From positions 11,795 to 75,794 of IMG/VR virus record IMGVR_UViG_3300010413_000014: a stretch of DNA of 64,000 nt, one strand, 5' to 3'. Numbering within the stretch: position 1 is the stretch's first letter; each line of letters begins with the position of its first letter. Made by a program: the position numbers and the translations under genes. Source of the DNA: a virus. The notes under the pieces were generated by a model. The model saw nothing but the letters and a program-made list of their open reading frames with translations, searched no databases and was not told the DNA's origin. Below are positions 49,323 through 58,517 of the stretch, piece after piece.

Positions 49323-50948
49323 TCAATATTTTAAAATTTTATCACTCTCTTGTAAATCCTGAATGAAGGTAATCCATTCTTCTCCCTTTCGCAACACCCT
49401 TAAAAGAGATCCTTCATTTAAAATAATCACCTTTTCGTCGGTTACGATCTCATATGCTTTACAATCCACCAGCTCACCCATACGTCCTTCATTCAAGAAC
49501 CTTGAAAACAGTAGATCGAACTCAAGTGGATCGATTTGAATCAAGCCTAACAAATACGATACAAGTGATCCTCCTGCAGATCCACGTCCAATACCAGTAA
49601 GCAGCTTCTCTCTTTTTGCAAATCCAATGATATCATGCAGCACTAGAAAGTAATCGATAACATCACCTCGTTTCAATACACTGATCTCAGTCTTTAATCG
49701 ATCAACATATCTCTGTGGATCTTGAATATTACGTTCTTTGAACCCCTTTTTGATCAGATGTAAGAACAGCTCTTCGTTTGATTTGAACTGCTCCGCTTCT
49801 TCTGGTGTCATCTTGTATTTAGGGAGTCGTCGACTAGTAGTATCATAGACAAAATTACACTCTTGAACTACTTGATCCAAGTTCTGATGAGCTCTTTTGA
49901 ACAAAGGAATCCAGCTCTTACAATCATCTTCGAACATCTGAATAAGTTCTTTAGCATATTCATCAGAACTTCGCATGTATTGATTCTTTGACCTAAAGTC
50001 AAATGCCTTCCCAATCTTCCATAATGCTTCTCGAGCCTCCCAATCCGATTGCTCTGGATAGTATGCATCATAGATAGCAATCGGTTCTAAGTTACTCGTA
50101 AGGAATTGCTCATAATTATTAACGAACTCTTCATCCTTATCAGAACTTTCAAAGCGAACTGTCTCTAGTTGATAGTATGCTCCTGGAATATTCGGTCGAT
50201 CTTTCCACATCATTGTCTTGGGATCATACACAATTACCAGATCTCTAGAGTTTTCAATCAAGAATTCTGGAGATATAGCTACCTCTTCATCCACATTAAG
50301 TTTTGTACTAAACTTCAGTAGGTTTAACCAACCTTGAAATCCTTTAGCATAGCACTTTATGAGGTAGAATGGTCCATTGTCGATTCGAATTGGAACTGTC
50401 ATGCCGATAATCGACTTAATATCATTAGCTTGACATTGATTCTGAAAATCAATAACGCCTGCTAATGTCGATTTTTCGCAAATTCCAAGTGCTTCGATAC
50501 CAAGAAACTTTGCCTTCTTGATCCAATCTGCATATAATCCCAATCCGTTAAGCAATTCATATCCAGAATGAACACCCAAAAATGCCTTAGTTGGAAGTTT
50601 TTGAACAGCTTTCCCAATGTTCTTTAGTTCTGTCAATTCAGCTTCCTCTACTTCTTTGTGCTGCAGATACCATCGACCTCCAAATTCATACACCCAACCA
50701 TCTTCAGGTATTGAGGTACCTGAATCAACTTCATATTCAAGCATCCTTCCAAATCCTTCAGAGTACTCTCTTTCGACTTTTGGAAGTAAAGATTGAGCTG
50801 GCAAAAAATTGAAATCCTCATCAAATAAAAGACGATCATCTGTTATAATGAGATACTCTTTCTCATCTAAACAGAGCACATCGTCTTTAATAGAGAAGTT
50901 GAGCAGTATTTTTCTACAATACTGTTCTAATTTTTTAATTTGATTCAT
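49323..50948 (-). CDS. dnaE: DNA polymerase III alpha, N-terminal half (PHP domain to palm; split)
   Basis: VHSGYELLNG (PHP), DYFL, GRGSAGGSLVSYLLG...DPLEFDLLFSRFLN. Confidence 0.92.
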   Translation of the reverse strand: MNQIKKLEQYCRKILLNFSIKDDVLCLDEKEYLIITDDRLLFDEDFNFLPAQSLLPKVEREYSEGFGRMLEYEVDSGTSIPEDGWVYEFGGRWYLQHKEVEEAELTELKNIGKAVQKLPTKAFLGVHSGYELLNGLGLYADWIKKAKFLGIEALGICEKSTLAGVIDFQNQCQANDIKSIIGMTVPIRIDNGPFYLIKCYAKGFQGWLNLLKFSTKLNVDEEVAISPEFLIENSRDLVIVYDPKTMMWKDRPNIPGAYYQLETVRFESSDKDEEFVNNYEQFLTSNLEPIAIYDAYYPEQSDWEAREALWKIGKAFDFRSKNQYMRSSDEYAKELIQMFEDDCKSWIPLFKRAHQNLDQVVQECNFVYDTTSRRLPKYKMTPEEAEQFKSNEELFLHLIKKGFKERNIQDPQRYVDRLKTEISVLKRGDVIDYFLVLHDIIGFAKREKLLTGIGRGSAGGSLVSYLLGLIQIDPLEFDLLFSRFLNEGRMGELVDCKAYEIVTDEKVIILNEGSLLRVLRKGEEWITFIQDLQESDKILKY

Positions 50949-50951
50949 ATT

Positions 50952-51167
50952 TTATCTTTCGATTAATAATCCTTTTTTAACTCGATCAACTAATCCGATA
51001 ACTAGATCCATACTTACATTATGCTTCTTAGAAACCTTATAAGTGTCAGAATCAATCTTCCAAGAATTCCAAATAGCTTGTTGCTTTTCAGACATTCTCT
51101 TGGGAGAGGCACTTTTCTTTTCTTTTCTGATAATCATATTTCTAGTTGAATTGCTCATTGCTCTCAT
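50952..51167 (-). CDS. Small basic HTH-like early protein
   Basis: Follows promoter 51196; SEKQQAIW...YKVSKKHNVSMDLV. Confidence 0.55.
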   Translation of the reverse strand: MRAMSNSTRNMIIRKEKKSASPKRMSEKQQAIWNSWKIDSDTYKVSKKHNVSMDLVIGLVDRVKKGLLIER

Positions 51168-51288
51168 AACTTTGTGTTTTATTTGTTTTCAATATTTAAA
51201 GATACGGCCATTTGATATATCTAGTAACAGGTAGAGGAAAAATTTCGTTAAATTTTTCCTTTACCAACAAACAAAAACACAAAAACTA

Positions 51289-52122
51289 TTATTTGACAGC
51301 TTTCAAAGCGTGGCGGATGCATGCATCTGTAAAGCCAAGCGCCTCTTTAATTTCTTTCACTGAAGGTGTTGCCTCAAAGCTCTTGATATACTCCAAGATC
51401 TGTTCCTTTTTGCTTCCCTTCTTCTCAGTGTCATCAGAAGTTTGTTTTTCAGACTTCTGCTTAGGCTTCTTTTCGATGTAGACTTTAGTTGGAGCTTTAG
51501 GTTCAACGATTGGATCGGGACGATCTCCAAACAAACTATCAATAGCTTGCTCTACATCTGGATTGATATCTTCAACTTCACTCACAGACTCATCAACTTT
51601 GATTAATGTTTCGAGATCTGGATGAATGAATGTGTTCTTGATAGTAAGGTTGGAGTAAAAAGCTTTCTGATACTCGGTAATGTTAGATGCATTTTGTAAT
51701 GAATATAAAGCAACAATCAACTTAAGCCGATCTTCACACATCAAAAAGAACATCATCTGACCAACAATTGAATCGTAATCTTTGCGATCCAGTTTCATCA
51801 TCTCTACTCTCATCAAAGCTGCATCGTAGATTTGATCTAAAGTGAATTCAGTCTTTTGAGCCTTTGAAGCTTTTGGAGCCTCGTTATCGATAATGAGTGG
51901 TCCTGTTGGAGCTTCAAAGACTACTTCTTTAACTTCTGTCTCCTCAACCTTCGATCCATCACAATTCAAAACTAATGATGCTTTTCCAATAACTTCAATC
52001 TTATCAACTCCTAACAGAGTGCCAGATAAACTGCATCGTGAACATTTATAAACATCTCCTTCAGGAGATTCTTGTTTTTGGAAAGAGTGACGATTATCAC
52101 TCAGCTCGAATACTTTTTTCAT
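51289..52122 (-). CDS. Multidomain protein with C-terminal HTH
   Basis: N-terminal H..CSRC; ends GSKKEQILEYIK...SVKEIKEALGFTDACIR. Confidence 0.6.
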   Translation of the reverse strand: MKKVFELSDNRHSFQKQESPEGDVYKCSRCSLSGTLLGVDKIEVIGKASLVLNCDGSKVEETEVKEVVFEAPTGPLIIDNEAPKASKAQKTEFTLDQIYDAALMRVEMMKLDRKDYDSIVGQMMFFLMCEDRLKLIVALYSLQNASNITEYQKAFYSNLTIKNTFIHPDLETLIKVDESVSEVEDINPDVEQAIDSLFGDRPDPIVEPKAPTKVYIEKKPKQKSEKQTSDDTEKKGSKKEQILEYIKSFEATPSVKEIKEALGFTDACIRHALKAVK

Positions 52123-52124
52123 GA

Positions 52125-52322
52125 TTAAATTTCTTCGTATGTAAATTTACATTTAACTTCAAGTTTATTCAACTCATCCTCCAACATCTCTTGCTCCTCA
52201 TCATCTTCTACCTCAAATTCGATAATGATGAATCCTTCACCTTCAATCTCATTAGTCATCATATCGATCAATCCTTCGTGTAAAGTTGGTTTCGTTGCGA
52301 ATGTATATGCTACTTTTTTCAT
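52125..52322 (-). CDS. Small acidic early protein
   Basis: Follows promoter 52347. Confidence 0.6.
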   Translation of the reverse strand: MKKVAYTFATKPTLHEGLIDMMTNEIEGEGFIIIEFEVEDDEEQEMLEDELNKLEVKCKFTYEEI

Positions 52323-52391
52323 GTCTGTTTGTTTTATTATTATAGCCTAAAGATAATGCTTTAGGCTATTGTATGCAACAGTTTGATGAAA

Positions 52392-53141
52392 TTATTTTGA
52401 TAATTTTTTAATAATCGGATATACTTGAGATGTGTAGATCCCTAATTCTTTGGCGATTGTGTAACCAGATTTACCTTCGTCGAATAATCGAACGATATCG
52501 GCATAGTATTTTGATTGACCTTTGGATTGAGGCTTATCACTCTTCTCTGGGGTTTCTATGTTTGATTGAGATAAAGTAGCTTTAGGTGCCTCAGATAAAA
52601 TGAATTGAAATTTGTTAGAATATTTACCTCCATTGTAACGATTGCAGCAATCAGCACAAGCAGGAATATTGCGAGGTTTTTTGTGAACTGGATGAGTCTT
52701 GCCGCATTCTGGACAAGTATAAATATACTTTCCAGTAGGTAATTGAAAGTTGCTTGAGGTGCTCTTAGGATTAGCGAGTACTCTTTGAGCGATAGTTTTC
52801 CAAACGTCATCATGATTTGAGTAGCGTCTAGTTTCATTATCTAGAGCATGAGCAACTTCATGACGGAGAGTGTTTTCGAATTCGCGAGCTTTATCTATAT
52901 TGGATTCCAAAAATGCTTTTGAGACAGCAATTACTCTTCGACTACAATAGCAAGTTCCGATAGATCCCTTTCTATTATGAAATTCAAATTTCCATCCCTT
53001 TTTTTTGAGATTGATCTCTTTAAGGTTTCCCCAATGAGATATAGTCCAGGTTGTATTGATTAATTCATTAGCTAATGAAACCAATTCCTTTTCAGTGATC
53101 TCTGTATTATTCTTGTAGTAATACTCTTTAGTTAAATCCAT
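52392..53141 (-). CDS. SprT-like zinc metalloprotease with Zn ribbon and C-terminal HTH
   Basis: TLRHEVAHA, H...WK, CPEC/CADC; tail SKYYADIVRLFDEGKSGYTIAKELGIYTSQV. Confidence 0.8.
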   Translation of the reverse strand: MDLTKEYYYKNNTEITEKELVSLANELINTTWTISHWGNLKEINLKKKGWKFEFHNRKGSIGTCYCSRRVIAVSKAFLESNIDKAREFENTLRHEVAHALDNETRRYSNHDDVWKTIAQRVLANPKSTSSNFQLPTGKYIYTCPECGKTHPVHKKPRNIPACADCCNRYNGGKYSNKFQFILSEAPKATLSQSNIETPEKSDKPQSKGQSKYYADIVRLFDEGKSGYTIAKELGIYTSQVYPIIKKLSK

Positions 53142-53253
53142 AATCTTGTGCTTTGTATTATTATTGATACCCTAAAGATATATCTTTTGTAACATATATA
53201 GCAACAAAAAGAGGAAGATTTTTATCCTCCTCTTTCAATTAATTTTCTATGTC

Positions 53254-54084
53254 TTATTTACAGCACTTCTGAAGATACTTAACATTCATCTCGATCGCCT
53301 TTATGATGAGATCGTTTGGTCTTCCTAGTCCAACCTTATTCTCTCGACCATCTCGCATTCCTTTTTGTTCTGGAATAACTCGATCGAAATAATCCTTCGG
53401 TGTAGAGATTCTTTCATAGTCTGGATCTTCAAGCAATTGTCCACACATGGCATTCCAAACTGTGAAGCAACTATCTGTTGATCGACAAAGAGGATCATCT
53501 TTATATAAGATGAATTCTTCTGCTTCACCTGCACCCAAGAAATGTAGAGGTTTTTTCAATCGACCTGTTGCTCTTAAATAAGCATACATACTATTTCGAT
53601 CGATTCCAATATTTTTGTCACCGGTTGATTTGGATATTGCCCAGGGAACTGCAATCTTAGACATTCCGATAGTAGTTACATCTGGATTTGCAATCATTGC
53701 ATCATAGCATTCAATCCAATCATCAAATGAGTTTCCTTGTGGACAAGCAAACACTTGAATCTCACGAAGAAGTTCATCACCTCTCATCTCATTGATTGTC
53801 CATTCCAGATTTTCAAGAGTCTTGTTCTTATCAAACAAGATATCCAAAGGAATTAGTTCACTTGGCTGCAATTCTCTTGCGATCTGAAGAACAGTTTCTC
53901 TTGTAACTGTCTCAAAGTCACCAGCTCCATTATCAAGGGTCACCCATTTCCCTTCAGCAACTTTCTGTTTGAAGAAATTGCGATAATTTTCATCTTTTAG
54001 ATATTGCTGCGACAAGCAAAAGTAGCGATCGCCAAGATTCATTAGCTCCAGATGAGCTTTCGGGGGTATTACATAGATATCCAT
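53254..54084 (-). CDS. DpdA/TGT-like 7-deazaguanine transglycosylase
   Basis: LDNGA, IPLD, PQG, LHFLG, STDS TGT-barrel motifs; last gene of the folE/queE/queD cluster. Confidence 0.7.
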   Translation of the reverse strand: MDIYVIPPKAHLELMNLGDRYFCLSQQYLKDENYRNFFKQKVAEGKWVTLDNGAGDFETVTRETVLQIARELQPSELIPLDILFDKNKTLENLEWTINEMRGDELLREIQVFACPQGNSFDDWIECYDAMIANPDVTTIGMSKIAVPWAISKSTGDKNIGIDRNSMYAYLRATGRLKKPLHFLGAGEAEEFILYKDDPLCRSTDSCFTVWNAMCGQLLEDPDYERISTPKDYFDRVIPEQKGMRDGRENKVGLGRPNDLIIKAIEMNVKYLQKCCK

Positions 54085-54085
54085 A

Positions 54086-54547
54086 TCAATAGTTTTTAAT
54101 AAAGTCGCAATTCGTTTCGTTTAATAGATGCAATTTAAGCCCATCAATACCTAGCTTTACATCGTTCTCAATCGTTTCTTCGAATGAAGCCTTAGCATCT
54201 TTCTTTGCAGCGCGATTTTGATATCGCTCCTTCAAGATGTATCTTGGTACATGCATATAGTAGTACTCAATTCCTTCAAATAAAGCAGACAGCATCTTCA
54301 AAAGCGACACTTGACGACATCCAACGATCACCATAAACTCTTCATTTGAATTCATCTGAATCTCTTTAACCTTATCGGTTAGGTATTGATCTAATGATGC
54401 ATCAAAGATCCGCTCTTCAGTTTTATAAAGATCGCGAACTAATTGACCAAGCTCAACAATCTTACCACCTTCAACAAGTTTATTCTCTATGAAGGTTGAT
54501 TTGCCTGAGCAAACCTCTCCAATTACAAATACAGCTTCTTTAATCAT
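54086..54547 (-). CDS. P-loop nucleotide kinase-like protein
   Basis: VIGEVCSGKST; lid ERYQNR; NMP-kinase size. Confidence 0.65.
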   Translation of the reverse strand: MIKEAVFVIGEVCSGKSTFIENKLVEGGKIVELGQLVRDLYKTEERIFDASLDQYLTDKVKEIQMNSNEEFMVIVGCRQVSLLKMLSALFEGIEYYYMHVPRYILKERYQNRAAKKDAKASFEETIENDVKLGIDGLKLHLLNETNCDFIKNY

Positions 54548-54887
54548 TTGCTATAATTTTGGAATAATTTTCACCATCTTCATCAACAATCACTTTAGTT
54601 GCATTAAATGCTTCCATAAGGTCGCGAGCAATCATTTCACACGAACAAGCTCCAAACTCAGCAGGCTTTCCATAGTTGCGATTGATGTAATCTTCAACCT
54701 CTCGCTGGAGAATGAAAAATTCTTTGTCTCGATTATCGTGATTAACTGCAACTTCTAAAGTTATTCCAAACTTATGACGATGCTTTGATTCCAAAAATTT
54801 AACCTCAGGACCAAAGATCTCTGAGGCACTTGGGAAGTTGTGGAATCCCTCCACAACAATCCTCACTCCAATAAACGTTTTTGTCAT
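54540..54887 (-). CDS. QueD-paralogous T-fold protein (DpdL-like)
   Basis: GFHNFP, LESKHRHKF (LxxxHRHxF), SCEMIA, VDEDGE. Confidence 0.65.
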   Translation of the reverse strand: MTKTFIGVRIVVEGFHNFPSASEIFGPEVKFLESKHRHKFGITLEVAVNHDNRDKEFFILQREVEDYINRNYGKPAEFGACSCEMIARDLMEAFNATKVIVDEDGENYSKIIAND

Positions 54888-54888
54888 A

Positions 54889-55293
54889 TTATCTCTTTAG
54901 ATATTTCTTCACTACTCGATCAACAACTGAATAGTAGGTATCAAAATGTTTCGCTACAGCATACTTAGAGAATTCTGGATTATTCTTCATATATTCCAGG
55001 ATCTCAGCAGACTTGGTTCCCTCTCTTGGAGTATTATTCTTTTCATACTCCTCAATCGTTTCAGAGTTCTGTTTTTCGATTTCAGATCTCAATTCATTAG
55101 CTGCATCAATCTTTACCCATTCTGATTTTTGATACTCAGCAACAATTTGTTCAACAAGCTCTACTCGCTTATATTTCGTGTAATTCTTAATCTTTAATTC
55201 AGATGCAACTTTGCGCAATTCGGTTACCGTTGCTTCAACTTCATTACCTGCTAAAAATGTTTCTGCGATCGATTTTACTGTAATAGCTTTCAT
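54889..55293 (-). CDS. Rho-N-like domain plus shared C-terminal HTH tag
   Basis: TVTELRKVASELKIKNYTKYKRVELVEQI; EGTKSAEILEYM...YYSVV; likely start MKAITV. Confidence 0.7.
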   Translation of the reverse strand: MKAITVKSIAETFLAGNEVEATVTELRKVASELKIKNYTKYKRVELVEQIVAEYQKSEWVKIDAANELRSEIEKQNSETIEEYEKNNTPREGTKSAEILEYMKNNPEFSKYAVAKHFDTYYSVVDRVVKKYLKR

Positions 55294-55383
55294 AACTTTG
55301 TATTTTAAATGTGTTTGTTTAATTTTGATATGATAAAAGTACACTTAAAACACATTGGGGGCAACAATTGCCCCCCAAAAAAT

Positions 55384-55944
55384 TTATCTTTCGTCGCCCG
55401 ATCCACTAAGAACTCCGCGATCTTTGCGAGATTGAAGCTTAGAAATATTTTCCTGCAATGCTTCATCAAAATTGATAACCAGCTTTCGACATAAGCATTG
55501 AAGTAGCTTTACGATATCACCAACCGCTTTTGATATACTAGCTTCCTTTGAAGCTGGGAATCCTCCAGTTTGAATCAGTCTAAAATCATCGCGAAGAGCT
55601 TTTTTCATATTTTCAGCACACACTCCACCTTTGATAACAATCGTATCAAGAAGCTCTGTTGTTCCAGCGAATGGACTTGGAGCTATTGCTCCGGATACAA
55701 ATCCTACTAACTGATAATCGACTTCGTGAGCCCATGCTGCAGCGTACCACATTACATCTCCAACTTCTTTTCGAAGTAATTTCATCTTCTCTTCGCTTCG
55801 ATTGTTTGAATAAACAGCTTCAACAACTTTTTCATAGAGCTCTGAAATCTCTCCACACAACCCCAAAATTACATAAGGTTTTGCGATTGAATCATCATAC
55901 ATCTTTGTAGTGATTGCTTTTTCTTGATACGTTAATAGATCCAT
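55384..55944 (-). CDS. MazG-like NTP pyrophosphohydrolase (duplicated motif)
   Basis: YQEKA, LGLCGEISE, KEVGDVMWY, NISKLQSR..RG.L.GSGD.R. Confidence 0.8.
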   Translation of the reverse strand: MDLLTYQEKAITTKMYDDSIAKPYVILGLCGEISELYEKVVEAVYSNNRSEEKMKLLRKEVGDVMWYAAAWAHEVDYQLVGFVSGAIAPSPFAGTTELLDTIVIKGGVCAENMKKALRDDFRLIQTGGFPASKEASISKAVGDIVKLLQCLCRKLVINFDEALQENISKLQSRKDRGVLSGSGDER

Positions 55945-56029
55945 AAAATTATTTATTAAATTTAACTTTGACATAGACCTCCTCTACTTTATGAGGAGGT
56001 TTCGCTCAGTTAGAGCTCATCAGTATGCC

Positions 56030-56662
56030 TTACTTTTTACAAGCTTCAACCATTGAATAAAACTCTTGACGAGTACCAATTGCATTATCGAAGAAGTAGC
56101 CTGATAGCTTTGATGTTTTCATGATGGAGTCATCATTAACACCTCGAAGGCTAACGCAAGTATGACTTGCTTCAATGAATACTGCAATGCCCTTATTCCC
56201 TTCTAAGATTCGATCTAATTCTTGATGAATCTGTTGAGTTAGCTGTTCTTGAAGTTGCGGTCTTCTGCAATAATACTCAACAATTCGATTGATCTTAGAG
56301 AGACCGATTACCTTTTCACCTGGAATATAAGCAACATATGCTTTACCTACAAACGGCATTACATGATGACTACATAATGATTTCACTGCAATGTTTCCTT
56401 GGAACACAATTCCATCATATTGATTTTGATTCGGAAAAGAAGTGATCTTTGGATAGTTGTCATATGTGCCCTGGGTGATCTCATTGAGATACATCTTAGC
56501 AACTCGATCAGGAGTTCCTTGCATATTGGGATCATTTTGCCAATCGTACCCCAATGCTTCTAAAAACTTCCCATAAGCTTCAGAGATCTTCTCAAATCGA
56601 AAACCTTTATTGAATCCTTCTCCTGTGTTTTGTCCTGATAATACTTTCTTCATATATTTCAA
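56030..56662 (-). CDS. folE: GTP cyclohydrolase I
   Basis: TPDRVA, SLCSHH..PF, GLSKI.R, RRPQLQE.LT, HTC..LRG. Confidence 0.95.
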   Translation of the reverse strand: MKYMKKVLSGQNTGEGFNKGFRFEKISEAYGKFLEALGYDWQNDPNMQGTPDRVAKMYLNEITQGTYDNYPKITSFPNQNQYDGIVFQGNIAVKSLCSHHVMPFVGKAYVAYIPGEKVIGLSKINRIVEYYCRRPQLQEQLTQQIHQELDRILEGNKGIAVFIEASHTCVSLRGVNDDSIMKTSKLSGYFFDNAIGTRQEFYSMVEACKK

Positions 56663-56669
56663 TTATTCG

Positions 56670-57437
56670 TTAAACTCCTTTCAAATTATCATACACAATC
56701 ACATGCAAGCGATCAGTGTACTTAACACCCAATTCAATACACCTTTCGTAAAGCCATCTACGTCGAGATTCAAGTTGCTTACGAGTCGCGCCTTCTGGCA
56801 TAAAGAAGACTTTATCGATGTCTGCACCAATCTCAATCACTGTCTTGATAGCTTCTTCGACTTCATCCTCATCCGAAATAACAAACTTCAATTGATAGTT
56901 CGTAGACTTAATCCACTTTCGCATTGAATCATAATTCTTTCTACGATTATCGTGATTAATTTGCTCTAAGGGCGTTACTCTCCGATTCAGCTCTGGAATC
57001 CAGGCTCCAGCTCTAGGTATTGAATTACTTAGCTTTGGTGAGATGGTAATCAAATCGATCATCCCAGATTTCATGGGAAGATAGGTTGTTCCGTTATCCT
57101 CTATCTCAACCTTCAATCCACACTCTTTTGCTAATCCAACAACAGCTTTGAATATTTCTGGAGAGTATGTAGGATTACCTCCAGTAATCATCATCGTCTT
57201 AATGTGAGTGTGAGCTTTAATTAGATCTTCAATATCTTGAAGAGAATATAAGCTATTCTTCGATGGATTGTGATCCCAGGATGTTTCACTTGAATCGCAA
57301 ATCGATCCTTTAAATATACAATTCAAATTACACTTCGAAAGACGAACAAGAATCATTGGTGTTCCAGTACTTTGACCTTCTCCTTGGATACATAGGTGCA
57401 AATTAACTATTGGTAGCTTTTGACTTTTATCTAACAT
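56670..57437 (-). CDS. queE: 7-carboxy-7-deazaguanine synthase (radical SAM)
   Basis: IQGEG, R...CNLNC......CDS, ITGG.P, TISPK, RLH. Confidence 0.9.
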   Translation of the reverse strand: MLDKSQKLPIVNLHLCIQGEGQSTGTPMILVRLSKCNLNCIFKGSICDSSETSWDHNPSKNSLYSLQDIEDLIKAHTHIKTMMITGGNPTYSPEIFKAVVGLAKECGLKVEIEDNGTTYLPMKSGMIDLITISPKLSNSIPRAGAWIPELNRRVTPLEQINHDNRRKNYDSMRKWIKSTNYQLKFVISDEDEVEEAIKTVIEIGADIDKVFFMPEGATRKQLESRRRWLYERCIELGVKYTDRLHVIVYDNLKGV

Positions 57438-58509
57438 GCTTCCAAGTTTTATAATTAATGATATTGTTCACTGTTGATAAATGAATTTCATAATCCTTCG
57501 CTACATCAGCGCGACTCTCGCCATTTGCTACTCGATCACGGATAACAATCACAGCATCTTCATCAATAATCGATCGCTCTTTGTGAACTAAATGCTTTTT
57601 AGTATGATTCATATTTTCTTGATGAGTTACCCATTCCAAGTTTTCTAATCGATTGTTGAGCTTGTTGCCATCGATGTGATTCACATACATTTTCCGTTCG
57701 AGATTGTAGAGAAAAGCCTTAGCTACAAGCTGATGTCCAAAATAATATGAGTCGACTCCGTCTTTCCAAAAACAGTAGTGACGATAACCATTGGTGTGAA
57801 TTGTTCCTTTTAGAATCTTTTCCTGTCGCTCCTTTTTAATAGTTTTAACTCGACCTAAGTTGCTAACTTGATAGTGTCCCTCATAATCAACAACATCTCT
57901 CCAAATTTCACAATCAACATTATGAAGTCCATGTGTGAGCTTCACTATTTGATTCTTGAACCTCTTTCCTTCGATCAACTTATCCCACATTTCTGGATCC
58001 TTCCACTCTTTCTTGATCTCGTCTGAAAAAATAATATCTTCCAAAGTCCAAAGCCACATAGACCCCACATCTAATATATCAGCTTCAGCATATCCAGTCT
58101 CAGTCTCATGATAACGAACACTTTTTAGATGAGTGTCTTCTCCATTTTGAAAATCAGTGTTCTTAATGATCTTATCAATGACATAGGCTGCTAGTAAAGA
58201 GAATCCTTCTGCAGAAGCAGAGATAGGCATCTCGATCCATCTCGCACTCTCCTGCTTGATAAAGTTCTTGAAATGATCTGGCTCATTCTTCCAAAAGATA
58301 TAGGTGTGATCAAACGAATCAATAAAGTCACGAACAGTTCCTTTTAAAATTCCAAAATCAATTCCCATAGCTCCAAAGTCGAGAGCATTAACGTTTAAAA
58401 TTACTTCGAATACCCCGTGATGCCCATGCAATGATTTTTTGCAACGATCTGTGCTACATTGCGGAACACGATGAGCTGACTCAACTGTAAACTTTTTTCT
58501 TATCTCCAT
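57427..58509 (-). CDS. queD: QueD fused in frame to a NUMOD4-HNH homing endonuclease
   Basis: SAHR...C..LHGH, DFG.LK, FDH, HETET; then EIWRDVVDYEGHYQVSNLGRV, VNHIDGNKLNNRLENLEW, HTH. Confidence 0.85.
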   Translation of the reverse strand: MEIRKKFTVESAHRVPQCSTDRCKKSLHGHHGVFEVILNVNALDFGAMGIDFGILKGTVRDFIDSFDHTYIFWKNEPDHFKNFIKQESARWIEMPISASAEGFSLLAAYVIDKIIKNTDFQNGEDTHLKSVRYHETETGYAEADILDVGSMWLWTLEDIIFSDEIKKEWKDPEMWDKLIEGKRFKNQIVKLTHGLHNVDCEIWRDVVDYEGHYQVSNLGRVKTIKKERQEKILKGTIHTNGYRHYCFWKDGVDSYYFGHQLVAKAFLYNLERKMYVNHIDGNKLNNRLENLEWVTHQENMNHTKKHLVHKERSIIDEDAVIVIRDRVANGESRADVAKDYEIHLSTVNNIINYKTWKHVR

Positions 58510-58517
58510 ATAATCGA

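Noticed and set aside
46395-50948. Functional split intein or group I intron rejoining dnaE
   Set aside because: No catalytic intein residues, and the gap is fully occupied by coupled ORFs with no room for an intron core.
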